Origin: Octopus sinensis
Lineage: Eukaryota
Reading direction: 5' to 3'
Assembly: GCF_006345805.1 (NCBI RefSeq)
Contig: NC_043004.1
Coordinates: 44,454,001 to 44,518,000 of the forward strand
DNA length: 64,000 nt
Numbering within the stretch: the stretch's first letter is position 1; each line of letters begins with the position of its first letter. The notes beneath the pieces were generated by a model. That model made no database searches. It was given only the letters and a program-made list of their open reading frames with translations, and was not told where the DNA came from. Shown here in pieces: positions 38,605 to 52,240 of the stretch. The position numbers and the translations under genes were made by a program.

Positions 38605-38958
38605 TACTCTTTTACTCTTTTACTGTTTTACTTGTCTCAGCCATTTGAGTGCGGCCATGCTGGAGCACCGCCTTTAGTCGAGCAAATCGACCCCAGGACT
38701 TATTCTTTGGAAGCCTAGTACTTATTCTATCAGTCACTTTTGTCGAACTGCTAAGTTACGGGGACGTAAACACACCAGCATCGGTTGCCAAGCGATGTGG
38801 GGGGACAAACACAGACACACAAACACACACACACACAAATATACATATATACGAGGCTATAGTAGAAGACAGTTGCCCAAGGTGCCACGCTGTGGGACTG
38901 AACCCGGAACAAATGTGGTTGGTAAGCAAGCTACGCACCACACAACCACTCCGGCGCC

Positions 38959-38960
<2 letters not shown>
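38605..38960 (-). mobile_element. SINE family A with internal deletion
   Basis: Head and tail intact; the GGATTTGGTAGACGGAAACTG segment is missing. Confidence 0.88.
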
Positions 38961-38989
<29 letters not shown>

Positions 38990-39189
38990 TATATATAACA
39001 AAGTAAACTTGCAAGCTACAGCACCGCACGAGGGAAAACATAGAGGATAGGCGGTTTGAAAATACAGATGTCTTTTAAAGATATTTATTGACTTGACCGG
39101 TTTCACTTTTTTAAAAAAGAATATTAAAAATAAAATGTAAAGCTTTGCATAAGCTCTGTTGTATTAAAAAATGGTTATCATAATTACAT

Positions 39190-39640
39190 TAAATTACAGT
39201 TATGCAGTCTTTAGGTGATGTGGTCGCTGAAATTGTCTGACAGCCATGGCTAGGTCCTCTAGCTTTTATGGCATAGTGTCAGATATAGGACTTTTCAGTA
39301 GCCAGCCTCTTGACCCAGGGCAGCATAACTATTCCACGCACTTTATGTAGACTCGCGTGTTGAGTCTGAGGCCGCGTGGAATGATGAATGGAGGCATAAC
39401 GTCGCCATTACTAGTGATCACTCCAAACAGCATGATGTTGACTGGATGTTTGATTTTTATCACTCTCCATATATGTCCTCAGATTGACATCGAAACACTC
39501 TAGAATGTTCGTATTGTAGCTTCCAGCAGTGCAGCATTTCATTTCCAAATTTCTGGCAGATTGAATTGCGTCATGATGCTGTTTTTCTCGCAGACGGTGC
39601 TCCAATTACCCTACTATGCTGTATAGTCGTATAACCGTAA
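39190..39640 (-). mobile_element. Internally deleted Tc1/mariner (maT/DD37D-like) transposase remnant
   Basis: N-terminus MTQFNLPEIWK..NTNILECFDVNLRT (ATG at 39574) is fused to KHPVNIMLFGVITSNGDVMPPFIIPRGLRLNT..LPWVKR..WLSDNF of the catalytic domain. Confidence 0.75.
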
Positions 39641-39860
39641 AAACAAGGTAAAAGTTTTTCTTTTTCATTCCATTTGAACTTGCTTAAATTGTTTTTGTGG
39701 TCTTCAGTCGTTTTGACTGTCTCCTAGCGTGTAGAAATTGCCTGTTATAGGAAATTTCTCTTTGTGTTTAAATGTACACTATTTTATATTGAATAATATG
39801 TCGTCTATTGACCTGTTATGCATGCTAGGCCACTGGTATTAAATTTGTAAAAATTTAATA

Positions 39861-39909
<49 letters not shown>

Positions 39910-39992
39910 CTATTCTAACACATACACAACCACATATGTATATATACATATATATATCATAGTTATATTTACAGTTTTGATTCGGTCTCTTT

Positions 39993-40080
39993 ATGCCCTG
40001 AGATCTAATCTCGACTCGAAATTTGCCTTTCATCTTTCGAGATCGATAAATAAAGCACCAGTGATGTACTCGTGGCCAAT
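39993..40080 (+). mobile_element. SINE family B central fragment
   Basis: TTTGCCTTTCATCTTTCGAGATCGATAAATAAAGCACCAG. Confidence 0.6.
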
Positions 40081-40719
40081 ATTCTTTTTTACTCATTTTC
40101 TTTTCTTGTTTTTCAGCCCTTTTGGTTTCCTGGGAGACAACAATTATAACCAAACCTAGAAAAGACGCGCTACGCCATATGTGTTTTTTTTCTTTTTTCC
40201 TTGAGATTAATTGTTTGCATTCAGACTTTCAAAAATTCTGAAAAATGGAAAAGATAAAAACAAAAACACCAACAGCTACATTTTTTTTCGTGTTTACAGA
40301 ATATTTAGTCATATTCTCAACTACTGCTTATTACTTGGCAAGCCTACTCATAGTAAGTAAACAGCAGTAAATAAAATATTTCATATCACAAATAAGAAAG
40401 AAGTCTGGACCTAACACATGAACACACACACACACACACACACACACTTTTGTGCACGCACAGTTGCCATTATATATAATTTAGTAATGAACTGCGTCTA
40501 TTTAACAATATATTTCAATTGTAATCATATGATAATATTAAGCAAATTCTGACAATATTGGAATAAACAACAATTAGTCAGTACTGCATGGAACGAATTT
40601 AAAGAAGACAGATATAAACAAAATTGCTTTTTAGAATAAAATGTAATAAAATTTCAAAATTAAATTCCGTGGATAATACATAGAAACACGCATACATACA
40701 CACGCATACACAGGTGTGT

Positions 40720-40730
40720 GTATATATATA

Positions 40731-40765
<35 letters not shown>

Positions 40766-40775
40766 TAATATACAG

Positions 40776-40806
<31 letters not shown>

Positions 40807-40952
40807 TATATATATAGAATATTAATATAAATATAGTATATATATAGGTATATATATATATATGATATATATATTATATGTAGATATAGATAAATATATA
40901 TATAGATATGTATATATATAAATATATATATATATATGTATATATATTATAA

Positions 40953-40984
<32 letters not shown>

Positions 40985-40988
40985 GTAT

Positions 40989-41024
<36 letters not shown>

Positions 41025-41237
41025 GATAAATATAGATATATAGTATAGATATATATGGATATATATATATGTAGATATATATATGTATATAATATATATA
41101 TATATATTATATTATATATATAAATATATAGATACTTATCTATATATAATATATATATATATATATATAAATAGATCTATATATATGATTATATATATAA
41201 TATGTATTATATATATATATATAAAGATATATAGATA

Positions 41238-41277
<40 letters not shown>

Positions 41278-41291
41278 TATATGTATAGATC

Positions 41292-41384
<93 letters not shown>

Positions 41385-41555
41385 TAAGATATAATATATA
41401 TATATATATAGGATCTATATGTATATAGATATATACATATATATACATATATATATATTATATATTACGTATATAATATTTATATATATATAATATATAT
41501 GTATATAAATATATAATATTATAATATTACGTTATAGATATATTTATATATATAT

Positions 41556-41600
<45 letters not shown>

Positions 41601-41934
41601 CGTATATATATATGTATTATATATATATTATATATGATAATATAAAAGATATATATATATATGTATATATATAGTATATATATATTTATATATATATATA
41701 TAGATATATATATAAATATATATATATCTATATGTATATATATATACATATATAGGTTATATATATACATATATATATATTTATATATATATACGTAATA
41801 TATATTGATATATATATATTATATATATAACAATATATATATAGTATATATATATACATATATATACATATATATAGTACTATATATACATATATACATA
41901 TATATATATTTATATATATATATACGTATATATA

Positions 41935-41978
<44 letters not shown>

Positions 41979-42097
41979 ATATATATTTTATATAATATAT
42001 ATATATTTATATATATATATATATAGATTTATATATATATATATATATTTATATATATAGATATATATTTATTATATTATATATATATATATAAGAG

Positions 42098-42128
<31 letters not shown>

Positions 42129-42198
42129 CATATATATACATATATAGATATTATATATATATACGTATATATATATATATTAATATATATATTATATT

Positions 42199-42274
<76 letters not shown>

Positions 42275-42372
42275 CATATATATACATATATATATTATAA
42301 ATATATACGTAATATATATTTATTATTTATATATATATACGTATATATATATTTATATATATATATATATTT

Positions 42373-42406
<34 letters not shown>

Positions 42407-42418
42407 TATATATAATAA

Positions 42419-42449
<31 letters not shown>

Positions 42450-42941
42450 CATATATATACATATATATATATTTATATATATACGTATATATATATTAAT
42501 ATATACGTATATATATACATATATATAGGTAACATATACATATATATATACATATATATATAGTTATATATATACATATATATAGGTATACATATACATA
42601 TATATATACATATATATATAGTTATATATATACATATATATAGGTATACATATACATATATATTACATATATATATAGTTATATAATACCTATATATAGG
42701 TATACATATACATATATATATACATATATAATATTTATATATATACAATAATATATGTATATAATATATACATATATATACATATATATATATTTATATA
42801 TATACGTATATATATATTATATATATCGTATATATATACATATATATAGGTATACATATACATATATATATACATATATATATTTATATATATACATAAT
42901 ATAGGTATAATATACATATATATATACATATATAACATATA

Positions 42942-42973
<32 letters not shown>

Positions 42974-43110
42974 GTATGTATATATATATTCAGAGACAGA
43001 GAGTGAGAGAGATATATGTATACAGTTATACATAAATACATACATATATATCTATATATATATATGTATGCATATATATATTATATATATAATATATATA
43101 CACACTACAT
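40720..43110. repeat. ~2.4-kb degenerate (TA)n array
   Basis: Almost purely A/T alternation with sparse G/C interruptions. Confidence 0.98.
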
Positions 43111-43425
43111 ACATATACATATATATATATATATGCGTGTGTGTGTATATAAATATATATGTGTGGTGTGTATAATAAACATACGAACATACATACTACA
43201 TATATACGTACACACATACACACATATATACGTACACACATACACACATAGACGCATACATACATATAGCTGTTTGTTCCATACTTATAACAGTCTATAG
43301 TTTAACATAATTGATTTGAGAATATTAACTTCTTTAGAATTGTAGATATCTATATATCTATATTATATGTTAAAACTCTTCCATGTAATTTTCTTCTCAA
43401 AAATCTGGCATTCATAACATTTTTC

Positions 43426-43486
<61 letters not shown>

Positions 43487-43899
43487 TTCGGTTTCTTTGT
43501 ATTTATTTGCACAAACACTTGTTTGTTCGGTCGTTCGTTTGTCAAAGGTGCCAAAATACCTTAATTGAAACTCATCATCGTAAATAACATTGTTCAACTT
43601 CAATAATGTATTAGAAATTATTTCGAGGCTTCCTTTCTCAGGCGAACAAGATTAAGGCAATATTTACTAACGAGACCTTTCGTGAGAAATGTTCATAGTA
43701 GGACAAAGCGTTGTTTTCAGTATAATAACCTTCTAGACTAGCATAACGAATCATTTATTGATCTTATTAAGTAAACTGTACAAACCACAAGTAGTAATTC
43801 AAGTTTTGTATTGGAGAATGATTATTATAGGTAATCCTCCTTATCTATTTGCTTATGTGTATATATCTTTCTCTCCTACTCTTTATATTTATATGTATG

Positions 43900-43937
<38 letters not shown>

Positions 43938-44949
43938 CATGTGTGTGTGCATATATATAAAGAGGGAGAGAGGGAGAGAGAGATACATATATATATACGC
44001 ATATTAAACATTCATACATGTATATATATATATATATCTAAGTGCATGTAATATATAATATACATATATATATATTTGTATATATATTATATAGATATAT
44101 ATGTATGTATTACAAACATACATATATATATATACATATATATATAATATATATACATATGTATATATATATATATACATATGTATATATATATATTTAT
44201 ATGTATAATATATATATATATATATTATAGTTATAGTATATATATATACATACATACATGCATTTATAGATCAATCCAGTCCAGAACCACACCCCACACC
44301 ACCACACCACATCACACCATCCCACACCACATCACACCATCCCACACCACTCAACACACTAGCACTGACCACTTCCCAGCACCCGCACCATACACCCTCA
44401 TCCTCACGCCCATACAACATCATCTACACACCCACACATTACAGACGCACTCACTCACACATGCACATACCACACACGTCTAAATCACTAGACCCTATCC
44501 ACACACACACACCCTTACACATTCACACACGCTTGTGCACCTTGGTTTTGCGATCACCAATACGTTAGTGTCTCCCCTTCTTTCTACCTCTCCTGTCAAA
44601 CCTTTTTTTTACCAACCAGCCACCATGCTTGATGGCTAAATATAGACCCATTAAGAAAATGAGACCCAAAATACAACCCATGAAATGGCCCTATGTTTCC
44701 TTTGTAACAATAAAATCATTCAAAATTTCATCCAAGCACGCAACCAAAATAACAATCAGATTCCAGACGTTAACTAACGGAAAAAAATATGTAGCAAACA
44801 TATATACACTTGTACATATATTTCTACACACAGTCATGACCCAGAAACAAAGCCATCTTATAGGAAATTCCGTATTAAATATCCTTCTACAAGAACATTA
44901 TCGAAACATCACGCCATTTACTGATCACTTGATAATGAACTGGAAGAAT

Positions 44950-45385
44950 TGTTACTATGCCGAGTAAAATGCTTGACGGTATTTCGTTCGTCTTTACTCT
45001 CTGAGATCAAATTCTACTGAGGTCGACTTTGCCCATTACATTTTGGTGGTCGATTAAATACGTAATATTCAAGCACTGGAGCCGATGTGATTGACTTAGC
45101 CCCCTCCCCCTACCTTGCTGACCTGGTGCTAAAATATGATATTAATATTTATTGGTCACATAAAATAGGAGTGTCGTGTAACATTTCATAAAAATGCCGC
45201 CTGGTGAGCTGTCAGAATCGTTAATACGCAGGTCAAAATGCTTAGCGAAATTTCGTTCCTCTTTACATTGTGTTCCACCACGATCGAGTTTGCCTTTCAA
45301 ACTTTCGTGGTCGATAAAATAAGCTCTGCGGTCTATGTATTCAACTAGCTCACTCCCACGTACTTTCTGGCCAAAATTTGAAATA
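44950..45385 (+). mobile_element. Two adjacent old SINE family B copies (44950-45145, 45205-45385)
   Basis: Each has AAATGCTT..ATTTCGTT, GACTTTGCC/GAGTTTGCC and GTCGAT modules; the first ends in a type-1-like tail. Confidence 0.72.
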
Positions 45386-45854
45386 TATAATTACTGAACA
45401 CGTGTTTTCATAATCTTGCGCCTTCGTAGTTTCATATAAGGATACGCCACGTTATTTTCCAAGTAATATTTCAGAAGAATATTTGATATAAGTTTTCACT
45501 AATATGTTATAATTTTTGTAAGATATTTACATTCAAACTTTTCTATAGTCGTGAAGAGCAGATTGATGTTTATATCAAAACTTTTTTATATCTCATCTAT
45601 CTCATGAATATGCCGAACGGGAAACTTGGAGTAGCGATTCAGAGAGGCTCCTGCTAAGAATAGTAACAGACACAAGCACTTACGATCCCCCCACCTCTCT
45701 CTCTCTCTCTCTTTCTCTCTCTCACACACACACACACACACCGGAAACAAACATACACATGCATTCACAAGCACACCTACAGATAGAAACATATGCTCCT
45801 TATACACCCATACATATATACATATATTAATATGTGTATGTATATGTATATGTA

Positions 45855-46005
45855 TAGGCACAGGAGTGGCTGTGTGGTAAGTAGCTTGTTAACCAACCAC
45901 ATGGTTGCGGGTTCAGTCCCACTGCGTGGCATCTTGGGCAAGAGTCTTCTGCTATGGCCCCGGGCCGACCAACTGAAAGAAGTCTGTCGTATATATGTAT
46001 ATATA

Positions 46006-46037
<32 letters not shown>

Positions 46038-46356
46038 GCGTGTGTGTGTTTGTGTGTCTGTGTTTGTCCCCCTAGCATTGTTGACAACCGATGTTGGTGT
46101 GTTTACGTCCCCGTCATCTAGCGGTTCGGCAAAAGAGACCGATAGAATAAGTACTGGGCTTACAAAGAATACATCCTGGGGTCGATTTGCTCGACTAAAG
46201 GCGATGCTCTAGCATGGCCGCAGTCAAATGACTGAAACAAGTAAAAGAGTACTGGGCTTACAAAGAATAAGTGCCGGAGTCGATTTGCTCGACTAAAGGC
46301 GATGCTCCAGCATGGCCGCAGTCAAATGACTGAAACAAGTAAAAGAGTAAAAGAGT
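45855..46356 (+). mobile_element. SINE family A with 98-bp tandem duplication of its 3' end
   Basis: Units at 46150-46247 and 46248-46345. Confidence 0.92.
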
Positions 46357-46911
46357 AATATATATATGTATCTCATATATAAGCACATTTAATTAGTAAC
46401 TTATTTACATAGCTTGTAAATTATATATACCGTGTGGATATATATTCATGTATATATAACTATATCTGTGTGAATGCATACATGTGTCATATACATCTCA
46501 TAACTCCATGGACTATAAAATGTGTAGATTTTATAATTTGAAATAAAAGGTCGAAAATCGATTTGTTAAAAATATCATTCTAATATTACTGAATATATTT
46601 AACATACGAATATTAAAATTGAAACATATCAAATATTACAGTTAGTTTCATTTATATAATATAACTATTTAAATTATGAATCTAAATATCTCTCTCGCTG
46701 CTTCTCTAGATCTCTCTCATTTTATATCTCTTTCTCTCCTTCTCTCTCTGCTTACCTAATTACATACACACCTGAATATATTTGAGTTTTTGCCCACACT
46801 GCACTTGTATATGCCTATAAATGTGGTTGTGGTGTGCCAGAAATAACACGCTATCTACAGAATAGCGTTTTAATAAATATGCATCCATAGATTGATATTG
46901 ATATATATATA

Positions 46912-47412
46912 CTAGCAGTATCGCCCGGCGTTGCTCGGGTTTGTAAGGGAAATAACTATATAAGCATTTTTAGAGAGTTACTTCCCTTATAGATGCCAAT
47001 TCGGGCTTTCTTAGCCATTTCTGTTTTGGTGTCTTCAAGCCATGAAGTCGTTGTTCTAAAAGAACGCTGGTCTCCTTGACAACGCATTACGACGTTGATT
47101 TCCTTACACTCCCTTCCCCACAGCTTCACGAGGGAGGGAAGAAGGGGAGAAGCAAACAGGTGCAGGTGTGACCGTGGACGCCAACTCCGCCGCCATCGAC
47201 ACACGAAAAATTATGCATTAAAATGGAATAAAAAATGATGTTGAATTATTTTTTAAATCGTAGACTCATCGTAGACGCGCGCTAATACTCAGACGGGCTC
47301 GATATGAATCACGACTATAAGATATCCGAATTTGGTTAAACTGCACCGCAAAATGTGGGAGTAGTTAGGAATCTAAATCGAAGGGGACAGACACTCACAC
47401 AACTACAGTTTT

Positions 47413-47475
<63 letters not shown>
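46912..47475 (-). mobile_element. Non-autonomous Helitron
   Basis: Minus strand ends CCCGAGC-aac-GCCGGG hairpin (46924-46939) then cgatactgCTAG|T. Probable 5' A|TC at 47474-47475, followed by (TA)n and AAAAACTGTAGTTGTGTGAG. No TSD. Confidence 0.75.
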
Positions 47476-47477
47476 TA

Positions 47478-47888
47478 TACTCCTTACTCTTTTACCTGTC
47501 TCAGTCATTTGACTGTGGCCATGCTGGAGCACCGCCTTTAATCGAGCAAATCGACCCCAAGACTTATTCTTTGTAAGCCTAGTACTTATTCTATCGGTCT
47601 ATTTTGCTGAACCGCTAAGTTACGTTGATGTAAACACACCAGCATCAGTTGTCAAGCGATGTTGGGGGTGACAAACACAGACACACAAACATATACACAC
47701 ACATATACATATATATATATATATATACATATATGTGATGGGCTTCTTTCAGTTTCCGTCTACCAAATCCACTCACAAGGCTTTGGTCGACCCGAGGCTA
47801 TAGTCGAAGACACGCCCAATTTGCCACGCAGTGGGACTGAACCTGGAGCCATGTGGTTGGTAAGCAAGCTACTTACCACACAGCCACT

Positions 47889-47892
<4 letters not shown>
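47478..47892 (-). mobile_element. SINE family A
   Basis: Near-complete reverse-complement copy abutting the Helitron 5' end. Confidence 0.9.
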
Positions 47893-47929
<37 letters not shown>

Positions 47930-48569
47930 GTACGAAAGTATATCTGCATGTCTTTATAAATATATGTATGATAGTTGAGGGGATAGGTATAAAAAACCAA
48001 TCTGTTTATCAACACTACATGTAGGAACTTTACTAGTGTAGAGTTCTGATAGCCTAAGAAAGATTACTTTCATTTTGGTCAATAATAAGACAAGCGCTTC
48101 ATCAATCCAAGTTATGAATATCTTGTAGGTCTGTAAAAATCTTCACATGGTAAATAGTAATCATTAATGTAATAATGTCGTCAAACGGATCGTATTACTA
48201 AATTATCACTGAGAGTAACACGTTTTTCACCGTAGAGTGTATTTAACTGATTTTACTTTAGTTTGATAAATTGATTAAATACAGAATGGTTGATACGATG
48301 GAAAAATTATATATATATATTTTTTTTTCTACTTACATGTTTTTGACGGTCATGAAGTAATGGAAACTCATCCAGCTTTGCAGGTAAATTACATAATTGG
48401 TTGTTATTCGAATGAAAATTTGCGAAGGAATGAATATGTATTTTATTACATTTCCTGCATAGATTGCATAAATTTGTATTTAATGTGAAATAAATGACGT
48501 TAGTTCTCAGAAACATACATAGCATTCATTTGTCTTCTCTTAAAGTCTTTGTGTAATTATTCATTTTTT

Positions 48570-49950
48570 TTTTCAAGATTTCCTGCCAATAGAGAAAGAG
48601 TCGGTTTCTAACCTAGATCCAATGCCCTTTCATTGGAATTTCAACAACTTAAACAGGGTATATTTTTATGTTGTATGCATGTATATATATACACAAAATG
48701 GGACAAGAACGCAAAATATACAGACAGTTATGTGATACAAAAAAGGGACAACAAAACAACCAGATTGACGATGAAAGAAAACAAGGATGGGTCATTCGGA
48801 GTTTTCTTTCCTCTGTCGAGTTCCAGATTATCTTTGCAGTTTCGCCAGGTTATACTCGAGATTGCTCCAATCTGGCCAGCCCCAAGGAAAAACTAAGCTA
48901 AGATTATTTGATTCCTTGAAAGAAAGAAGCGAATGCATGCGAAAACAGGGACAGAAAAAAATGGACAATGTTACTCACAATTACAAATTACAGGACATAA
49001 CAATAGGTATCTTTCGACCAAGGACGAATTGAATTAAGCTGGCGTATGTGGAAGTAAAGCCTTGCGGCAGGGATACAAGATTTCACAGGCACAGGGAGGA
49101 CTATAGATGTTGCACGAACGACGGTCAAACCAAGAAAGAAAGGTCAGGCTTGGCCGAATGTGTGTGTGTGTGTGTACAGATTTGTATGATTTGTTTTATG
49201 TATGCATTCTCATGCATATAGTTGCATGTCTAGACATGCTCATATATACTTAAGCTTTCTGGTTTTGAGAAGCCGAATTGCTCAAGATTGCTATTTAGGC
49301 AGTGTGTTATATATCCCAGTGCCCCAATAAGTATAGGTATAAAGATGAACTTATAATCTGGATAGTGCTCTAGATTCCTCAATACTTCAGCTTAGGCATT
49401 TTCTTTTTCGCTGATCTTTAGCTCAATGTTAGCATCTGTTGAGCTGCTAATTTCCACAAGAGCACACAGTTTCTCTTCTCATCCCAAATTACTATGTCTG
49501 GTCTTTTATGTTTACATTTTATTGAGGTCGTCACTGGAACATTCCATCAGTACTTCTTTGCATTATGAGCAGCTATGGCGTCTACCATACAGTCATTTCT
49601 TATTTCTTTGCCCTCGGAGTATCCTTACGACGGATCCTATTATGCAGTGCCCCAGCAGCAACTTCAATTCTCATCGCTAGATTATACCGTGATGACATTT
49701 TCAGACAACTGCTTATCATGCGGGTGATATCTTCGGTGTAAACTACAAATTCTGCATCGGTTATCCATTTCGTTGCTCTTCCTTCGTGTCTGTCTATTTT
49801 GTGCGCTTGGTATTTGGTTGATATTTCTCGTTCCTGGATTGCAAACGCATACTCTTCAAAGTGGATGTTACCAGTCCAGTTGTTGAAACATGATAGTCTG
49901 GTTTGATGATCAATGTTATCATCGCGTGGCTTTCTACTTAACATATCCAT
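48570..49950 (-). mobile_element. RLE-type (R4/Dong-like) non-LTR retrotransposon 3' remnant with nested insert
   Basis: EEYAFAIQEREISTKY, degenerate knuckle (EDITRMISSC), KHKRPDIVIWDEKEKLCALVEIS, YPDYKFIFIPILIGALG. 3'UTR CAGATTTGTA..TTCTCATGCATATAGTTGCAT (plus strand) matches 16650-16710. Confidence 0.82.
48697..49157. repeat. Unclassified ~460-bp dispersed repeat nested in the RLE 3'UTR microsatellite
   Basis: Bounded by microsatellite on both sides. Terminus TGGGACAAGAACGCAAAA recurs at ~2097-2115. Internal hairpin GATTG-ctc-CAATC. Confidence 0.55.
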
Positions 49951-49991
49951 GTATATATATGTATGTATGTATGTTTGTACGTACGTGCGTA

Positions 49992-50861
49992 CGTTGTCTG
50001 ATCAATAAGTATCCGGACAGTTGCCATAGTAACGATGCTAATGCAGGTAATTGAAAACTGATAGGCACAAATAGACCCGGTACTCTGCTGTGCATACGCA
50101 CTAAGTTTTAGTGTTCTAGATCACATCCTGTGTGTACAGCAGTGTTTGGAAGGAACGAGTGTAGCGTATGATTGTCGCATTGACCATGACAGAGAAAGTT
50201 AAGCAGATAATCTGCATGAAATTTTGCCAAAAGTTTGATGATACCTGCTCAGAGGCCTACGCAAAGTTCTCAAAAATTGTTCATCGTCTCGACTAAATCA
50301 AGGAGATCTTGTGCAACTGAAACCCAAATGTAATTTTGGTCAGGTGAAAGCAGATTTGGCACAAACTTGGCAAACATGCATCTCACACCTAAATCTTCAG
50401 TGATAACAGACTGAACTGAACCGTAACTAATATACACATCTGATAACTCACGGATGGTGATTCGATGATTTTCCCTCACAGCTACACACACATCTAAGAC
50501 ATTTTTCTCAGTTCTGCTGCTTGTGGGTCTCCCGGAACTTTCGTTAATAACGACACTTTTCGGCCATCTCCATACACTTTCTGAAACTTTGCGAAGGCCT
50601 TTGTGCAGGTATCGCCGTTACTATTTTCTTTGTCATGGTCAATGCCGCGGTCACACGCTACACACGGTCCTTTCAAGCACTGGAGTTCTATTTATTTATT
50701 TTTATTTTTTTCTTTATTTTCTAATTTCCTTTTTCATTTTTATCTTCGAAAGTAAGCTATAACAACAGAGTCCAAGGTCAATCTGTGCCAAGCGGCTTTA
50801 CTCTACGTGATTTAGATTCGTTACTATAGCAACAGTCTAGATACTTATTGATCAGACTTCG
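49992..50861. mobile_element. Mariner-derived element built from two inverted left ends
   Basis: ~45-bp TIRs (CGTTGTCTGATCAATAAGTATCCGGAC.. and inverse ..GATACTTATTGATCAGACTTCG) with TA at 49990-49991 and 50862-50863. Transposase N-terminus on + from 50186 (MTEKVKQIICMKFCQK) and on - from 50636 (..KFQKVYG..RENHRITIRELS..AKFVPNLLS). Confidence 0.85.
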
Positions 50862-51329
50862 TATGTATGTATGTATGTATGTATGGTAATAAAAGAATTC
50901 GAAGCATTTTGTTTAGCTTTCGGTTTTGATTTAATTTAGACTGAACGATAAAAGTTCCTAGTTATTGAGCGGTATTTTCTTGTTATGCAACCGTTCCTTA
51001 GTTCAAAATGTAAGCAATTTTGTATACCCCAAGGTCATTTGTTTTTTATTTATTTATTTTTCTTTTTTATAGCCATTTCATCTTTTCTCTTCTTTTTATT
51101 ATTTTCTGTTTTTTGGCCAACGCGTTTCAAGACGGTAGATTCTCAGTACTTCTGGAAGCAACATCTAAATGACAGAATTTCCTCTGCGGTAAAAAAGTGT
51201 TAACGGTTCAATTGCGACATAGAAATATCCTATAACTTCTATTAGTTGCTAGTTCGAGGATATTATAAACCGAAACAGTTGCGTCCCTCCGGTCATCCGC
51301 GTGGACTTATCCTGCTGTTGTATATCTAC

Positions 51330-51470
51330 ACTGTCGTTTCAGTTTGTGTTATGCTGAACCTCCCTCATATCTATGTTAAATATATGCATGTCTGTGGAGT
51401 GTTCGGCCACTTGCACGCTAATCTCAAACAGGCCATTCCGTTGATCGGATCAACAGATGACAAAGCCTTA
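51330..51470 (+). mobile_element. Degenerate 3' part of SINE family C
   Basis: GTCTGTGGAGTGTTCGGCCACTTGCACG..TTCCGTTGATCGGATCAAC matches the tail of 23070-23458. Confidence 0.7.
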
Positions 51471-51622
51471 CATGAAGCTTTACACACAAACACACACACA
51501 TACGTATACACCCCCCTCATACACACACTCACTCAAATACACAAAACAGAAAGAGAGAAAGAGAGAGAGAGAGAGAAAGCTGGTGGGAGAGTCATATTCG
51601 TACATATGTATATATATATATA

Positions 51623-51800
51623 TAGGCGCAATGGTGGCCGTGTGGTAAATAGCTTGCTTACCAACCAAATGATTCCGGGTTCAGTCCCACTGAGTGGCGC
51701 CTTCGGCAAGTGTCTTCTACTATAGCCTCGGAACGACCAATGATTTGTGAGTGCATTTCGTAGATGGAAACTGAAATAACCCCGTCGTGTATATATATAT

Positions 51801-51864
<64 letters not shown>

Positions 51865-52073
51865 CGTGTGGGTGTGCGTGTATGCATTATATGTTTGTGT
51901 ATCTGTGTTTGGCCCTCCACCATAGCTTTACGTCCCCGTAATTTAGCAGTTCGACAAAAGTGACCGATAAAATAAGTAATGGGCTTCCAAAGATACCCTG
52001 GGGTCGATTTCTTCAACTAAAGGCGTTGCTCAAGCATGGCCACAGTCAAATGACTGAAACAAAGAATAAGAGT
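51623..52073 (+). mobile_element. SINE family A
   Basis: Full module order with a long internal (TG)n. Confidence 0.88.
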
Positions 52074-52200
52074 ATATACGTATATATTTATATATATATT
52101 CATATATATATATATGTGTGTGTGTGTATTGCGATAGAGAGAGAGAGACAGAGAGAGATACATCTATACAGATCTGCCTCCACACATGCCTACATTTATA

Positions 52201-52240
<40 letters not shown>

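Noticed and set aside
44280-44560. Irregular C/A-rich stretch with short 20-bp repeats
   Set aside because: Looks like a decayed (CA)n tract or low-quality consensus next to a long microsatellite.
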